From a virus (taxonomy: Duplodnaviria; Caudoviricetes): a DNA stretch of 56,714 nucleotides. The stretch is from positions 1 through 56,714 of IMG/VR virus record IMGVR_UViG_3300045741_000168. The stretch is one strand, 5' to 3'. Within the stretch, counting starts at the first letter, position 1, and every line of letters begins with the position of its first letter. The notes below the pieces were generated by a model. That model was not told the DNA's origin and made no database searches. It saw only the letters and a list, made by a program, of their open reading frames with translations. The position numbers and the translations under genes were made by a program. Below are positions 55,401-56,714 of this stretch, piece by piece.

Positions 55401-55984
55401 GCAACACTGAAGGGTTCTGGAGCGGTGAATTCGGAGACGACTACCACAAGCGCAATCGTGTCGATTACCGGGACCGTTTACCGTTCTGGCAATCTGCTGT
55501 CCAGTACACAGAGCCGAGAAGCGTGCTGGAGATCGGTTGCGGTCCAGGCTGGAATCTTCTGGCTCTGAGAGAGGTGCAACCGACGCTCGATCTATACGGT
55601 ATAGAGATCAACGAAGGTGCGGTAGCAGAGGCACGTAGCAATAACCTGAAGGTCGATCATGGGACCTTCGACACCGCCAAAGCAATGTACGAACCTGGAG
55701 CCGTCGATCTTGTGTTCACCAGCGGGGTGCTGATCCACGTTGCGCCGGATGATCTTGATCGCTGCATGAACGCGATGATCGAGATAAGTGGACGATATGT
55801 CATGGCTATCGAGTACGACGCTGACCGGGAAGTTCCCCGTGTTTACAGAGGCCACGATGACAAGCTATGGGCCAGGCCATACGGCAAGCTCCTGGAGAAG
55901 AAGGGGCTGAAACTGTTGTCTGAAGGCATGGCAGGTGGCTGGGAAAGTGCGACCTATTACTTACTGGAGAAGGCACAAACATGA
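55397..55984 (+). CDS. Pseudaminic-acid-biosynthesis-associated methyltransferase
   Basis: FWSGEFGDDYHKRN, LEIGCG, FTSGVLIH, YRGH..KLW. Confidence 0.85.
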   Translation: MSNTEGFWSGEFGDDYHKRNRVDYRDRLPFWQSAVQYTEPRSVLEIGCGPGWNLLALREVQPTLDLYGIEINEGAVAEARSNNLKVDHGTFDTAKAMYEPGAVDLVFTSGVLIHVAPDDLDRCMNAMIEISGRYVMAIEYDADREVPRVYRGHDDKLWARPYGKLLEKKGLKLLSEGMAGGWESATYYLLEKAQT

Positions 55985-56714
55985 TTCGTTGTAAAACATG
56001 CGTGCTTCCTGATTCCAGACCCGACACTCCTTTCATAGATGGTGAGTGCTCGGCCTGTATCAGCTACCGCAAGCGGCCAATAATAGATTGGGACGAGCGC
56101 AAGCGGCAGCTGCTGGCTTTGCTGGGCCGACACGGATTCAGGTGTATTGTTCCAAGTTCCGGCGGTAAGGACTCTACAGCGCAGGTCATAAAACTTCAGG
56201 AGTTGGGGTGTGATGTAACGGTTGTGACTGCTAGGACATGTCAACTTACATCGGTCGGCAGAGAAAACATCGACAATTTGGCGCGGTACGCCAGGACAAT
56301 CGAGGTCGTACCAAATATGACTGTCAGGGCAAAGCTCAATCGACTTGGGCTTGAACTGGTTGGGGATATATCGTGGCCTGAACATTCTGCAATCTTCACC
56401 ACGCCATTCAAGATGTCAGTGGCATTGGGCATCCCGCTTCTGTGGTACGGAGAAAACCCGCAGAACCAGTACGGCGGCCCTATGGGAAGCGAAGAAGCGA
56501 TGCAGATGACCCAACGCTGGGTCAGTGAGTTCGGTGGCTTCCTGGGACTACGAACCACAGATGTGGTCGGCATGGAAGGGATTACAGCCACAGACATGCT
56601 GGACTACCAGATGCCGAGAGGTGACGATTTGTCACGGGTTGGGACCGAGGCTCATTTTCTCGGCCAATATCTGCCCTGGGACTCTAACGAAAACGCCATG
56701 ATCGCAGCAAGGCA
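55981..56714 (+). CDS. N-acetyl sugar amidotransferase (PseA/WbpG-like), 5' part; about 348 aa when joined to 1-500
   Basis: CKTCVLPDSRP..C..C, PP-loop SSGGKDS, YGENP..YGG. Confidence 0.85.
   Translation, partial: MIRCKTCVLPDSRPDTPFIDGECSACISYRKRPIIDWDERKRQLLALLGRHGFRCIVPSSGGKDSTAQVIKLQELGCDVTVVTARTCQLTSVGRENIDNLARYARTIEVVPNMTVRAKLNRLGLELVGDISWPEHSAIFTTPFKMSVALGIPLLWYGENPQNQYGGPMGSEEAMQMTQRWVSEFGGFLGLRTTDVVGMEGITATDMLDYQMPRGDDLSRVGTEAHFLGQYLPWDSNENAMIAAR
56528..56714. repeat. Terminal direct repeat, copy 2
   Basis: Matches bases 1-187. Confidence 0.95.

Overview
Apparently complete, circularly permuted ~56.5-kb dsDNA phage genome; bases 1-187 recur at 56528-56714. The virion module is podovirus-type (BPP-1/epsilon15-like): terminase, portal, scaffold, capsid, tail tubular A/B, internal virion proteins, tailspike, endolysin and holin. 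I recognised no integrase, DNA polymerase, primase or helicase. Main observations: (1) a 196-aa RAMP/Cas7-like gene (46793-47383, -) flanked on both sides by phased 5-nt (G/T)GY-NN arrays of 29 and 22 units, a candidate RNA-guided system resembling what I recall as VIPR; (2) a near-complete pseudaminic-acid pathway (PseB, short PseC, PseH, PseI, PseF, Pse methylase, PseA-like amidotransferase, HisF-like), plus a candidate sialyl/pseudaminyl-transferase and a GT2/methyltransferase/Ser-Thr-rich module among virion genes, suggesting virion glycosylation; (3) a GNRA-rich structured RNA candidate ending in a G6-TA-G7 tract; (4) a LAGLIDADG group I intron in the capsid gene and a Gln-initiated class 3 intein in TerL; (5) a dual-frame C5 methyltransferase, a PEP-CTERM protein and a Tad2/DUF2829 anti-defence gene. 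All assignments come from reading motifs by eye; no searches were run.
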